A stretch of 64,000 nucleotides of DNA from Octopus sinensis (lineage: Eukaryota): the NCBI RefSeq assembly GCF_006345805.1, contig NC_043002.1, positions 110,856,001 through 110,920,000 on the forward strand, in the 5' to 3' direction. The notes beneath the pieces are model-generated. The model worked only from the letters and a program-made list of their open reading frames with translations. It was not told the DNA's origin and made no database searches. The position numbers were made by a program, and so were the translations under genes. This document shows, piece after piece, positions 14,110-27,095 of this stretch (the first letter of the stretch is position 1; each line of letters begins with the position of its first letter).

Positions 14110-14208
14110 ATAATATAATGATGATGATGATGATGATGGGTCTGCTATGAATGATGGTGATGAGTAAGAGGAGAATAATTGTGATAGTGGTGCAGTTAAT
14201 ATTGATGA

Positions 14209-14242
<34 letters not shown>

Positions 14243-17212
14243 GGTGGTGGTGATGGTGGTGGTGGTGGCGGTGGTGGTGGTGGTGGTGGTGGTGGTGGTG
14301 GTGGTGGTGATGATGATGATGGTGATGGTGATGTGGTGGTGGTGGTGAGGTGGGGTGGTGGTGGTGGGTGGTGGTGGTGGTGGGGGGGTGGTGGTGGTGG
14401 TGTGATGATGATGATGGTGATGGTGATGGTGATGTGGTGGTGGTGGTGGTGGTGATGGGGGGGGTGGTGGTGGTGGTGTGGGGGGTGGTGGTGGTGTGAT
14501 GATGATGATGGTGATGGTGATGGTGGTGGTGGTGGTGATGGTGGTGGGTGATGGTGGTGGTGGTGGTGGGTGGTGGTGATGATTATGATGGTGATGGTGA
14601 TGGTGATGGTGGGGGTGTGATGGTGGTGGTGGTGTGGTGGTGGTGGTGATGATTATGATGATGATGATGGTGATGGTGATGTGGTGGTGGTGGTGGTGGT
14701 GATGATGTGTGATGGTGATGTGATGGTGATGGTGGTGGTGGTGGTGGTGGTGATGGTGGTGGTGGTGGTGGTGGTGGTGGTGGTGGTGTGATGTGATGAT
14801 GGTGTGATTGATTGATGATGGTGATGGTGGATGGTGATGGTGTGGTGGTGGTGGTGGTGGTGGTGGTGGGTATGGATGGGATGATGATGATGAGGTGATG
14901 TGGGGTGGTATGATGATGGTGATGGTGATGGTGATGTGTGTGATGGTGGTGGTGGGTGGTGGTGGTGGTGGTGTGGTGGTGGTGATTATGATGATGATGA
15001 TGTGATGTGATGGTGGTGGTGGTGGTGGTTATGATGATGGTGATGGTGATGGTGGTGGTGGTGATGGTGGTGGTGATGTGTGGTGGTGTTGGTGGTGGTG
15101 GTGATGATTATGATGATGATGATGATGGATGGTGATGGTGGTGGTATGTGGTGGTGGTGGTGGTGGTGATGATGATGATGATGATGATGGTGATGGTGGT
15201 GGTGGTGGTGATGGTGGTGTGATGATGGTGGTCGTGGTGGGGTGATGTGGTGGTGGTGTGGAATGTGGTGAGTGAGGTGTGATGATGGAGTGGTGATGGT
15301 GGTGGATTGTGGTGTGGTGGTGGTGGTGATGGTGGTGGTGATGATGATGATGGTGATGGTGATGGTGGTGGTGGTGGTGATGGTGATGGTGGTGGTGGTG
15401 GTGGTGGTGGTGGTGGTGGTGGTGATGATTATGATGATGATGATGATGATGGTGATGGTGGTGGTTATGATGTGATGGTGATGGTGATGGTGATGGGTGG
15501 TGGTGATGGTGGTGGTGGGTGGTGGTGGTGGTGGTGGTGGTGGTGGTGGTGGTGATGATTATGATGATGATGATGATGATGGTGATGGTGGTGGTTATGA
15601 TGATGATGGTGATGGTGATGGTGATGGTGGTGGTGATGGTGGTGGTGGTGGTGGTGGTGGTGTGGTGGTGGTGGTGATGATTATGATGATGATGATGATG
15701 ATGGTGATGGTGGTGGTTATGGTGGTGGTGGTGGTGGTGATGATGATGATGATGATGATGGTGATGGTGGTGGTGGTGGTGATGGTGGTGGTGATGATGG
15801 TGGTCGTGGTGGTGGTGGTGGTGATGGTGGTGGTGGTGTGATGATGATGATGATGATGGTGATGGTGGTGGTGGTGGTGATGGTGGTGGTGATGATGGTG
15901 GTCGTGGTGGTGGTGGTGGTGGTGATGGTGGTGGTGGTGGTGATGATGATGATGATGATGGTGATGGTGGTGGTGGTGGTGATGGTGGTGGTGATGATGG
16001 TGGTCGTGGTGGTGGTGGTGGTGATGGTGATGGTGGTGATGATGATGATGATGATGATGGTGATGGTGGTGGTGGTGGTGATGGTGGTGGTGATGATGGT
16101 GGTCGTGGTGGTGGTGGTGGTGATGGTGGTGGTGGTGATGATGATGATGATGATGGTGATGGTGGTGGTGGTGGTGATGGTGGTGGTGATGATGGTGGTC
16201 GTGGTGGTGGTGGTGGTGGTGGTGGTGGTGGTGATGATGATGATGATGATGGTGATGATGATGGTGGTGGTGGTGGTGGCGGTGGTGGCGGTGGTGGTGG
16301 TGGTGATGATGGTGGTGGTGGTGGTGGTGATGATGATGATGATTATGATGATGATGATGATGATGGTGATGGTGGTGGTGGTGGTGGTGGTGGTGATGAT
16401 GATGATGGTGATGGTGATGGTGATGGTGGTGATGATGATGATGATGATGATGGTGATGGTGATGGTGGTGGTGATGGTGATGGTGATGGTGGTGGTGGTG
16501 ATGATGATGATGATGATGATGGTGATGGTGATGGTGGTGGTGGTGGTGGTGGTGGTGATGATGATGATGGTGATGGTGGTGGTGATGGTGGTGATGGTGT
16601 GGTGGTGGTGGTGGTGGTGGTGATGATGATGATGGTGATGGTGATGGTGATGGTGGTGATGATGATGATGATGATGATGGTGATGGTGATGGTGGTGGTG
16701 ATGGTGGTGGTGGTGGTGGTGGTGGTGGTGGTGGTGATGATTATGATGATGATGATGGTGATGGTGATGGTGATGATGATGATGATGATGGTGATGGTGG
16801 TGGTTATGGTGGTGGTGGTGTGGTGTGATGATGATGGATGATGGTGATGGTGATGGGATGGTGGTGATGATGATGAAGATGATGATGGTGATGGTGGTGG
16901 TGGTGGTGATGGTGGTGGTGATGATGGTGGTCGTGGTGGTGGTGGTGGTGATGGTGGTGGTGGTGGTGGTGATGATGATGATGATGATGGTGATGGTGGT
17001 GGCGGTGGTGGCGGTGGTGGCGGTGGTGGTGGTGGTGATGATGGTGGTGGTGGTGGCGGTGGTGGCGGTGGTGGTGGTGGTGATGGTGGTGGCGGTGGTG
17101 GCGGTGGTGGCGGTGGTGGTGGTGGTGATGATGATGATGATTATGATGATGATGATGATGATGGTGATGGTGGTGGTGATGGTGGTGGTGGTGGTGGTGG
17201 TGGTGGTGGTGG

Positions 17213-17244
<32 letters not shown>

Positions 17245-17600
17245 GTGATGGTGGTGGTGGTGATGATGATGATGATGGTGGTGGCGGTGGTGGCGGTGGT
17301 GGTGGTGGTGATGATGGTGGTGGTGGTGGTGGTGGTGATGATGATGATGGTGATGATGATGATGATGATGATGATGACGATGACAACGATGACAACAATG
17401 ATGATGGTTACAACAATGACAACTACGCTGATGATGATTATGATGATCAAAGTTTGCCTTTCTTTCATGTTGACTTCACCACACTCAACCTATACTATAA
17501 TTGCAACAATTGTGATTGTAGCAGCTCTAATAATGGTAGGGATGTTGGTGGTGGTAGTGGTGGTAGTGGTGGTAGTGGTGGTGATGATGGTTAAGAAGAT
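14110..17600. repeat. ~3.5-kb compound (GGT)n/(GAT)n trinucleotide array with higher-order units
   Basis: Direct inspection; recurring ggtggtcgtggt and ggtggcggtggtggcg landmarks. Confidence 0.97.
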
Positions 17601-17646
17601 GATGATACAGATGATGTCACATCACACAAGTGAAGGGAGCTCTTAC

Positions 17647-17658
17647 CATCAGTTTTCG
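17647..17658 (-). CDS. Candidate 12-nt microexon CGAAAACTGATG
   Basis: attctttcAG | exon | GTaagag; flanking motifs shared with the 34570-34579 candidate. Confidence 0.4.
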
Positions 17659-18395
17659 CTGAAAGAATCTGGCCCCTTATTCCCATTCTTCTTACTTCGA
17701 ATTAGCAGCCCAAACCTGCATCCCTAAATTGTTCCCTAATGATGTGTTGCTTCTTGCTTCTATTATACTCGTTTCTACCTCCATTTAACATATATTGAGA
17801 CAGGATAGGAGGCAATAAGCAGCCTCTATAGCATCATTTGTCATTAGAAATAGTAGCTAAATCCCCTCCCTCAAATCACAGCTTACTCTCTTAATAAAGA
17901 TATAGAAAAGTAAAGAGGCATTAGTTAATATTGTTCTTATCCAAGATGGAATGTTCAGATTGAAATATCTTTACTCATAAGCCTGTTCAGCCATGGTTGT
18001 CCAAGGGTTAAACAAAAGCATATCAATGCAGTGAAAATAAATATAGTCATAAAAATAACAGATTTTCCTAAAAGTTTGAAATGGAAGCATTTTTTTATTA
18101 TAAAATAATTAGGACAACTTTATTTTAAATATAAAAAAACAGCAAAACAGAGAAATAGAAAGTGAAAAACAAATTAAAGTAAACAGTAAAAGTATACTTA
18201 TATTGTATACACACATATATATCATCCTCATGGTTTGACCAGAGCTGGCAAACTGCACCGGGTTCCAGTCTGATTTGGCTAGATTTCTAAAGCTGGATGC
18301 TCTTCTTAACACCAGCCACTTTACAGTGTGTGCTGGGTGCTTTTAATGTGACACCAGCACATATAATTTATACATATAAATATGTTTGTATAATA

Positions 18396-18791
18396 TCTTT
18401 ATATATAAAAGAGAGGTTGTGTGAGTGTCTGTCTCCTACGATTTAGATTTTTAACTACTCCCACATTTTGCGATGCAGTTTAACCAAAACCGGGTATCTT
18501 ATAGTCGTGATTCATATTGAGCCCTTCTGGGTATTAGCGCGTGTCTACGATGAGTCTACAATTTAAAAAAAATTTACCATCAATTTTTCCCATTTTAATG
18601 CATTTTTGGCATATATAAGGGAAGTAACTCTCTAAAAACTTATTATTAAATCTCAGAACGTAAAAAGCTACAGTAACACCCCCCGCTTTGTGGTTAGCTA
18701 TACTGAGATGGCTATTATACTTTACATCTCTAAAAATGCTTATATAGTTATTTCCCTTACAAACCTAAGCAACGCCGGGTGATACTGCTAG
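18396..18791 (+). mobile_element. Non-autonomous Helitron (variant internal segment)
   Basis: a|TCtttatatataaaa ... gcaacgccgggtgatactgCTAG|t. Confidence 0.9.
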
Positions 18792-19304
18792 TATACACAT
18801 ATATATTATTTATAATCTTAGTCTCATCACAACCAGTAAATGTTTTATTCATAATTTTACATGAATTAGTTGTACTACACTGAATTTATAATGTTACGTA
18901 AGTAATATACCCATTCTATCAACCAATAAACACCTAATATAGAAATACTAGAATTTTCTAGACTTGTCAAAACTTATTGGACAAACTGTGTGTGTATAAA
19001 TGGATGTTTAATAGGTTTTGTAATTGATACGCTAAACATGCTTTAAAGAAAAGGACTCGAATACTGTTTACAAAGTTGAAATAATGTGTAATAATAACAA
19101 TCCTTTCTGCTATTTGCACAAGGCCTGATTTTGAGGACGAGGGCTTGTTGACTATACTGACCCCAGTGCTCAACTGGTACTTATTTTATCGATCTTGAAA
19201 GGATGAGACAAAAAAAGTTGACCTCAACAGAATTTGAAATCAGAATGTAAAGCCAGAAGAAATATTTATTAATTCCATCCAAAGATTATTATTGCTATTA
19301 CTAT

Positions 19305-19363
<59 letters not shown>

Positions 19364-19366
<3 letters not shown>

Positions 19367-19761
19367 TTATATATAAAAGTGAAGTTGTGTGTCTGTCTCC
19401 TATGATTTAGATTCCTAACTACTCCCACATTTTGTGATGCAGTTTAACCAAAACCGGGTATCTTATAGTCGTGATTCATATCAAGCCCTTCTGGGTATTA
19501 GCACGCGTCTACGATGAGTCTACAATTTAAAAAAAATTACCATCATTTTTTTCCATTTTAATGCATATTTTTTGATATTATATAAGGGAAGTAACTCTCT
19601 AAAAATGTCTACGATGAGTCAACGATTTAAAAAAAAAATTTACCATCATTTTTTTTCCATTTTTAATGCATTTTTTTGCTATTTTTTGGCTCTAACTCTC
19701 TAAAAATGCTTATATAGTTATTTCCCTTACAAATCTGAGCAACGCCGGGCGATACTGCTAG
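19364..19761 (+). mobile_element. Non-autonomous Helitron inside (TA)n
   Basis: TC...CTAG ends with TA repeats on both flanks. Confidence 0.92.
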
Positions 19762-19915
19762 TATATATATATATATGAAGATAAATTAAATAGAGAGATA
19801 CTATTGACAATCCAATAATTTATTTATATTATGATATTACATGATATACTATGAATATGATATAACATAATATTATATAACATAAACAATTATTTAAAAA
19901 CAAACATAAAAGGGC

Positions 19916-20655
19916 TGTAGTGGGAGAAATTGATTTGTAAACAATATTATGATATGTCGGAGTCAGCAGTTGCAATGATTAAAATTTGTTATTATAACGG
20001 CATACTGTAGGATGTGAAAGATGAATAATGCATGAAGTTTTAAGTAAGTATTTATTTACAGTTACGTTACAATTACCTTGCTTCGACATTATGATAAATC
20101 CAAAAGCACACAAAGTAAAGTTTGTGTTTGTGTTTTCTTCATTGTTTAGTAGTTACTACGGAGAGAGATAGAATGATGTTGTAAGAGAACAGAATTAGAG
20201 CTAGTGAGAGTTGTAGGGTGTGGGACATTGTCTCACAGTTGCTAACAGTAAACTTCATTTCTCCCGCTGACCAAGGTTCTAGCTGGTCAGCCAGACTTCG
20301 TTGAGTTGTCACTATGTGACTGGACTCGTTGAATCGGCACCAACTGTGACTAACTGATTTTTGCTTGGGGTGTGCTTGCTTTTATAAGTATCCAGAAGGA
20401 TAGGTATATCATTGAGAAGAATAGATTTAGTTGGTGTTCTTGTTATCTTTATTCTAGCTTTTGGTGAAGTAGAAGAGGTTAGAAAGGGTCAAGTGGTGAA
20501 GACATTATTTTGGCCTAGCTGAAGGCGCCTGGTAAATGTAAAACTGCAGTCAGAGAAAGACCGTTGTTCCACCATGGGAAAAGTTCTGTAGCTATGTTAG
20601 TTTAAATTTGGCTATGGTGGATCGAATCCACTTCATGCATGCAAGATCCACTACA
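19916..20655 (-). mobile_element. Solo LTR (740 bp), probably Ty3/Gypsy
   Basis: Terminal inverted repeats TGTAGTGG...CCACTACA and a perfect 4-bp TSD GGGC (19912-19915, 20656-20659); orientation inferred from TATAAAA and AATAAA on the minus strand. Confidence 0.85.
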
Positions 20656-20821
20656 GGGCAACAAATTGTTTCGACTTATATATATTTTTTCTGATATACA
20701 TACAAAATAACAATTCCCTTATATATAAAGTCACCTCAGGGTCATGGTTTTAAAATAATCGAAATTCCATGTTAAAGGACAGCTGGATTGTAAAAATTAA
20801 TTCAAATGTCTATCTATTATG

Positions 20822-21236
20822 AGCGTGAGTGGCTGTGTGGTAAGTAGCTTGCTAGCCAACCACATGGTTCCGGGTTCAGTCCCACTGTGTGGCACCTTGG
20901 GCAAGTGTCTTCTACTATAGCCTCGGGCTGACCAAAGCCTTGTGAGTGGATTTGGTAGATGGAAACTGAAAGAAGCCTGTCGTATATATGTATGTATATA
21001 TATATGTATGTGTGTGTTTGTGTGTCTGTGTTTGTCCCCCTAGCATTGCTTGACAACCGATGCTGGTGTGTTTACGTCCCCGTCACTTAGCAGTTCGGCA
21101 AAAGAGACCAATAGAATAAGTACTGGGCTTACAAAGAATAAGTCCTGGGGTCGATTTTCTCGACTAAAGGCGGTGCTCCAGCATGGCTGCAGTCAAATGA
21201 CTGAAACAAGTAAAAGAGTAAAAGAGATAAAAGAGT
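20822..21236 (+). mobile_element. SINE family A
   Basis: Family match. Confidence 0.93.
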
Positions 21237-21539
21237 GAGCATTAACCATTCAATCGTGCATCGATTACAATTAACTTCATTACATCTCAAACACATACCA
21301 ATTGAAACCCTTTCATATCCAAGATAGTCCCTTGTCACCACAACATAGAATAAGATAAGTGTGTATATAAATGTATATAATTAAGTATCTAAGTCTTCCC
21401 CTATGTATAACTGCAACAAAAAATATATAAACAATTACATCTTCAATACAACAACTCTTTTATTTAAATTAATTGATATGTAAATATGTAAGATTCTGTT
21501 AGATTTGTAATATTTCAATTTTGAGAGTTTTAAAAGAAT

Positions 21540-21830
21540 CAGGTATTCTCAAGCTGATTGTGTTTTCTTTAGGGTGTAGGCAATACCCATAAGAATGAGT
21601 TTTTGTAGTTCTGATACTTTGGGATTTCCTTATATTTGGCTATACTGTTTAAGAGTGGCATTTGGTATCTCCAAATCTCCAGTGATCACAGTTACTGTTA
21701 TTGTTCTAAGATACTACATGTTTAGAAACCTCTATTTCAAGGTCCTTGAATTTTCTTAAGTTTTCGAATGATTTTTTTTACAGAAGTGTTGCAGTCTACT
21801 GGGATTGACATATTTTGTCAATGTGACTTT
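21540..21830 (-). pseudogene. R4/Dong-clade LINE 3' relic
   Basis: Minus strand reads KFKDLEIEVSK...VTVITGDL...SELQKLILMGIAYTL, matching the C-terminus of the element at 22346-24349. Confidence 0.7.
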
Positions 21831-21853
21831 TTACCACAATATTTGATCTAATA

Positions 21854-22268
21854 TACTCTTTTACTCTTTTACTCTTTTACTTGTTTCAGTCATTTGACTG
21901 TGGCCATGCTGGAGCACCACCTTTAGTCGAGCAAATTGACCCCGGGACTTATTCTTTGTAAGCCCAGTACTTATTCTATCGGTCTCTTTTGCCGAACCAC
22001 TAAGTGACGGGGACGTAAACACACCAGCATCGGTTGTCAAGCAATGCTAGGGGGACAAACACAGACACAGACACACACACATACATATATATATATACAT
22101 ATATACGACAGGCTTCTTTCAGTTTCCATCTACCAAATCCACTCACAAGGCTTTGGTCGGCCCAGGGCTATAGCAGAAGACACTTGCCCAAGATGCCACG
22201 CAGTGGGACTGAACCCGGAACCATGTGGCTGGTTAGCAAGCTACTTACCACACAGCCACTCCTGCGCC
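21854..22268 (-). mobile_element. SINE family A
   Basis: Family match. Confidence 0.95.
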
Positions 22269-22277
22269 TATATATCA

Positions 22278-22335
<58 letters not shown>

Positions 22336-22345
22336 CATTATTATT

Positions 22346-24344
22346 ACTTTTTTTTTTCTTCTTTCAAATTTGCTTCCATTTCTTGCCGAGTGTCTTCCCG
22401 ACTCCTAGGGCAAAGAAACTCATAGTATACATTGGTAGGCCATTAAACCAAACTCAGTAGTTCGTTCATTTTTTATTTAAAAAAATATTTTTTTTTTAAA
22501 GTTAAATTAAAATACATGAGCAGCAACAGTTCTCACATCGACAATGCTCTTCTCAATACGTGTGATGTACCAGTTAAGACAATCTTTTGCACTTCTTGCA
22601 GGGATGGTAAGCCAGGGATCATTCTCATATAATTTTCGGTTCCCTTCTTGATCATTCCTAGTGCTCCTATGATCACTGGTATTGTAACCGCCTTGAGATG
22701 CCACATTTTCTCAATTTCAATGAGTAGGTCTTTATATTTCTGAGCTTGTCAAACTCTTTCGCTGAGATATTATGATCACAGGGGATGCTCATGTCGATCA
22801 ATAAGCAAACTTTATTGTTTTGGTCTTTCACAACAATATCTGGTTTATTGGCCTTGATGGTTCGGTCTGTATGTACTGGAAAGTCCCACAGAATGGTTAC
22901 ATTTTTTCCTTCAGTTACAGCCTTAGGGTGGTGATTATACCACTTGTCGGCAGTTTTGATATTGTAATGCCGACTTATTAGCCAGTGGAGATATTGGCCA
23001 ACTCTGTCATGTCTTAATTTATACTCCACTGGTGCTAAGACTTTACATCCAGAGATTAGGTGGTCCACTGTTTCAATCATGTCGTTGCAGAATCGGCATT
23101 TTGGGTCTGCTCCATTTTTCATCATATTGGCTTGGTAGTTCCGGATTAATAGGCTTTGATCTTGAGCAGCCAGGATGAAACCTTCGCTCTCTGCTTTTAG
23201 CCCTGAGCTCCGTAGCCACTGATGGGTTTGCTTCTGGTCAACATCAGCTTGTTTGCTGCGGGTCACATATTTGCCGTGCAGAGGTTTCTCCTCCCACCTA
23301 TCAGCCAATTGCTCGTGCGCTTTCTTCATTGCCATCATTTTCACCTTCTTTGCAACAATAGTTGCCGTACTTCCCTCGGGTTGTTCAGTTTGGGTATCCT
23401 GCACGAGATCAATAGCAAATTTTTTGCTTTCCTTTATGATAGAATGAAGCTTCTTTCGTCTCTCGTGATTTTCCACGAGCTTTAGCATCCAGTCATTCGA
23501 TATTTCGAGATATTTGGCCAGTCCAATTGTGGTTGTTTTGTAAGCTAGTTCAAATTGGATCAGGCCTCGACCTCCTTGGGCTCTGGGAAGGTAAAGGCGA
23601 TCTACGTCTGCCTGTGGGTGGTGCATCCTATTACAACTCAGCAGCTTGCGTATTTTCCTATCTATATTCTTTACTTCACTCATATTCCAGTTCAACACAT
23701 TGTAGCTATAAGTAACAACTGGAACTGCTAAGGAATTTATAGCTAACACCTTGTTACGTGCATTTAGTTCAGATTTCAGGACTGCACGAACTCTCCTATA
23801 ACATTCCTTCCTGATTTTCTCTTTCATGCTTGCATGCTGAATACCAGAGCCTTCATTTATCCCTAAATATTTGTATGTTTGTTCTTGCTCAAGCTCTCTT
23901 ATGACTGTGTCAACATCTAACACGACTGAATTTGTGGTCTTCACTTTCCCTTTCTGGAAAGTGGCCTTGGCACACTTTTCAAGTCCAAACTCCATCCCGA
24001 TGTCATCGCTGAATGCTTTCACGGTGCGCAATAGGCCTTCAAGTTCATTATTGTCTTTACCATAAAGTTTTAAGTCATCCATATAAAATAGATGGCTTAT
24101 TTTTTTATTGGCAATTTTATACCCATACCCTGTTCTGTTTAATTCACTTGTAAGGGGTATTAGGGCTATGCAGAATATTAAAGGTGAAAGTGAGTCACCT
24201 TGAAAAATTCCACAGTTGATGTTTATATTTTCTGAGGCAAGTACTCCATTAGAGTGGTATAATTGGAGATTTGTATTCCACAACGACATATTGTGCTTCA
24301 GGAAGTTTGAAATCACAGGGGAAATTTTGAAGATGTCCAGCGAT

Positions 24345-24349
<5 letters not shown>
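22346..24349 (-). mobile_element. 5'-truncated R4/Dong-clade non-LTR retrotransposon flanked by (TAA)n on both sides
   Basis: RT motifs GIFQGDSLSP and FYMDDLKLY; CCHC region (CRFC...HLISGC); restriction-like endonuclease NKPDIVV...LLIDMSIP; (TAA)n at 22280-22347 and 24348-24382. Confidence 0.92.
22533..24349 (-). CDS. Partial RT + REL endonuclease ORF with one frameshift near 22740
   Basis: ORF track 22673..24427; a one-base correction restores KYKDLLIEIEKMWHLKAVTIPVIIGALG...VLRRALSM* ending at 22533. Confidence 0.85.
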
Positions 24350-24382
<33 letters not shown>

Positions 24383-24383
<1 letters not shown>

Positions 24384-24510
24384 TTCTCTTTATCACAGGT
24401 TTTGTTGGAGCTCCTGGAGTCTTGCATGTGTAGTGGGCTTACTACCTGCAGCCTACGGTACCGTGCTATTCGTTCTTTTCAGCTCTCTAATACTTTCCTG
24501 GTTATTCTGG
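24383..24510 (-). pseudogene. 3' end of an older R4-clade element with (TAA)n tail
   Basis: Minus strand reads RKVLES* then a short UTR ending ...gataaagagaaa(taa)n. Confidence 0.55.
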
Positions 24511-24579
24511 CCGGCAGAATCATTAGCAGACCAAACAAAATGCCTGGCAGCATTTCGCCTGTCTTTATGTTCTCACTTT

Positions 24580-24960
24580 AAATGCCGCCAAGGTGGACTA
24601 TGCCTTTCAACCTTTCAGAGTTGATAAAATAAGTACCAGTTAAGTACTGGGGTCGATGTTATTGACTTAACCCCTCACCCCACAAAATTGCTGACCATGT
24701 ACCAAAATTTGAAACCATTCTTCTTCTTATTATATTATTACTAAAGTGATGAGCAGGCAGAGTCATTAAGCATGCTGGGTAAAATACTTAGCAGTATTTC
24801 ACCCGTCTTCACATTCTGAGTTCAAATTCTGCCAAGGTCGACTTTGCCTTTCATCCTTTTGGAGTCGATAAAATGAATACCAGCTGAACACTGGGATTGA
24901 TGTACTCGACTAACCCCCTCCTCCTGAAATTGCTGCCCTTGTGCCGAAATTTGAAACCAT
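24580..24960 (+). mobile_element. Two degenerate SINE family B copies
   Basis: gactttgcctttcatccttttggagtcgataaaat...taccag motif. Confidence 0.7.
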
Positions 24961-25074
24961 TATTATAATAATAATAAATAAAAAAGCATTGTGTACAGTG
25001 CTCAGGTGCACTACAACTCATCTAAAGTAGTTTCGGCGGATTTCAGAAAGCATGAGGGCCTTAATTATTGCCAT

Positions 25075-25360
25075 TGTTATTATTATCATTTGTTATATTA
25101 GTTAGGAGGGATGTTGTCTTGAGGTTTGGTAGCAACAAATCTTTTTAAATCTAAGAATTTTCCTTCAGATTCTTGCAGAATATACGATTGCACTATTCTG
25201 CAAGTTGACAGAATGAATCTAAATTCCAATATCCTTCAGTTTCTTAGGGCCAAGTGCACCAATTACCACAGGAATAATTTGTCATTTTAGTCTTCTCCAT
25301 TTTCTCAAATTCTTTGGTATCCATTCTATGGTATGATATGGTATTGCAAAGTCTAAGGTC
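25075..25360 (-). pseudogene. R4-clade LINE 3' relic
   Basis: Minus strand reads IIPVVIGALGP...LQNSAIVYSARI followed by a tgataataataac tail. Confidence 0.7.
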
Positions 25361-25612
25361 TTACTTATACTGCTTAGTTTTATTATTATTGTGGCAAAGC
25401 CCCTAGAATTATTAGCTTTCTTGACAAAATGCTTAGTGGAATTTCATCCATCTTTATGTTCTGAGTTCAAATTCCATCAAGGCTGCCTTTGCCTTTCATC
25501 CTTTTGGAGTCAATAAAATAGGTACCATTTGAGCACTGGGATCAATACAATCGACTGCAACCCTCTCCATAAATTTTGGTTCTTGTGCTTATATGCCTAT
25601 GGTGGAAAGAAT

Positions 25613-25613
25613 T

Positions 25614-25655
<42 letters not shown>

Positions 25656-25656
25656 G

Positions 25657-25697
<41 letters not shown>

Positions 25698-25755
25698 GTC
25701 GTCATCATCATCATCATCATTGTCATCATCATCATCATCATCATCATCGTCGTCG

Positions 25756-25790
<35 letters not shown>

Positions 25791-25842
25791 GTCATCATCA
25801 TCACCACCATCATCATCATCATCGTCATCATTGTCATCATCG

Positions 25843-25874
<32 letters not shown>

Positions 25875-25920
25875 GTCGTCATCGTCATCGTCATCATCGT
25901 CATCATCATCATCATCGTCG

Positions 25921-25963
<43 letters not shown>

Positions 25964-25972
25964 TGTCATCAT
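25613..25972. repeat. (ATC)n/(GTC) trinucleotide array
   Basis: Direct inspection. Confidence 0.97.
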
Positions 25973-26322
25973 CTTCCTCATTCGTGTTTAACACAACTTT
26001 GCACTGGCACTTGTATCAAAGTGTCTGCTGTCTGCAACCGGTTGGCTAAAGTAACACTATTCATTCAGATTTTGAGACTTCTACTGAGGATTCATTCATG
26101 TAGTCACAAGCAACACTGTGACCTTGGGACCCAAAGCTCAAACACTCACCTTCCTCAACGACCACAGTCATTTTATTCCCTATTTCAAATCCTCATATCT
26201 AACTCATATCTCTTCTTCTTTTTCTGATAACTTGTTACCACCAGAGATTACAATACAAGATTTTCCTTCTTTATTCACAACCATTATATCCAGATTCAGC
26301 ATTCAAATTCATGATCACATTG

Positions 26323-26625
26323 GAGCACAGCTCCCATGACTTCAGGAAACATTTTTTCACGCTGAGAGTTGCTGAAGCGTGGAACAAACTGCCGGCATCA
26401 GTTGTTAGTTGTCGGAGCACTGCATCCTTCAAAACTTCCATGCTTTCTGAGATTCGCCAACACTACACCTGATTTTCTCCCCTCCATACACACACAGGCA
26501 TGTATCTGACTCATACACTGTTCGCTTTCCAGACATTTCTACATTACTGCATGTACTTTATATGCACTTTCTGACAAGTTGTGGTGCACCTGAGCACTGT
26601 ATACAATAATTTCATAATTATTATT
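26323..26625 (+). mobile_element. CR1-clade LINE 3' end (family 1)
   Basis: HSSHDFRKHFFTLRVAEAWNKLPASVV-type C-terminus and (ATT)n tail. Confidence 0.88.
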
Positions 26626-26734
26626 ACTATATCCCACACTACCTTTACCTTGCCATTCCTCAGTAACTCTTTCAGAGGTTTGTCCATTCCACATTTTTGC
26701 TCTATTCAATTTATACTTTCCACACAACTTCCAA

Positions 26735-27095
26735 TACTCTTTTACTCTTTTACTTGTTTCAGTCATTTGACTGCGGCCATGCTGGAGCACCGCCTTTAGT
26801 CGAGCAAATCGACCCCGGGACTTATTCTTTGTAAGACTTATTCTATCAGTCTCTTTTGCCGAACCGCTAAGTGACGGGGATGCAAACACAGACACACAGA
26901 CATATACACACACACTTATATATATATATACATATACACGACAGGCTTCATTCAGTTTCCGTCTACCAAATCCACTCACAAGGTCAGCCCGGGGCTATAG
27001 CAGAAGACACTTTCCCAAGATGCCACGCAGTAGGACTGAACCCGGAACCATGTGGTTGGTTAGCAAGCTACTTACCACACAGCCACTCCTGCACC
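26735..27095 (-). mobile_element. SINE family A with small internal deletions
   Basis: Family match. Confidence 0.92.

Noticed and set aside
14151-17727. Long poly-V/M/T/H/I ORFs (up to 583 aa)
   Set aside because: Stop-free reading of GGT/GAT triplet repeats in several frames and on both strands; no coding complexity
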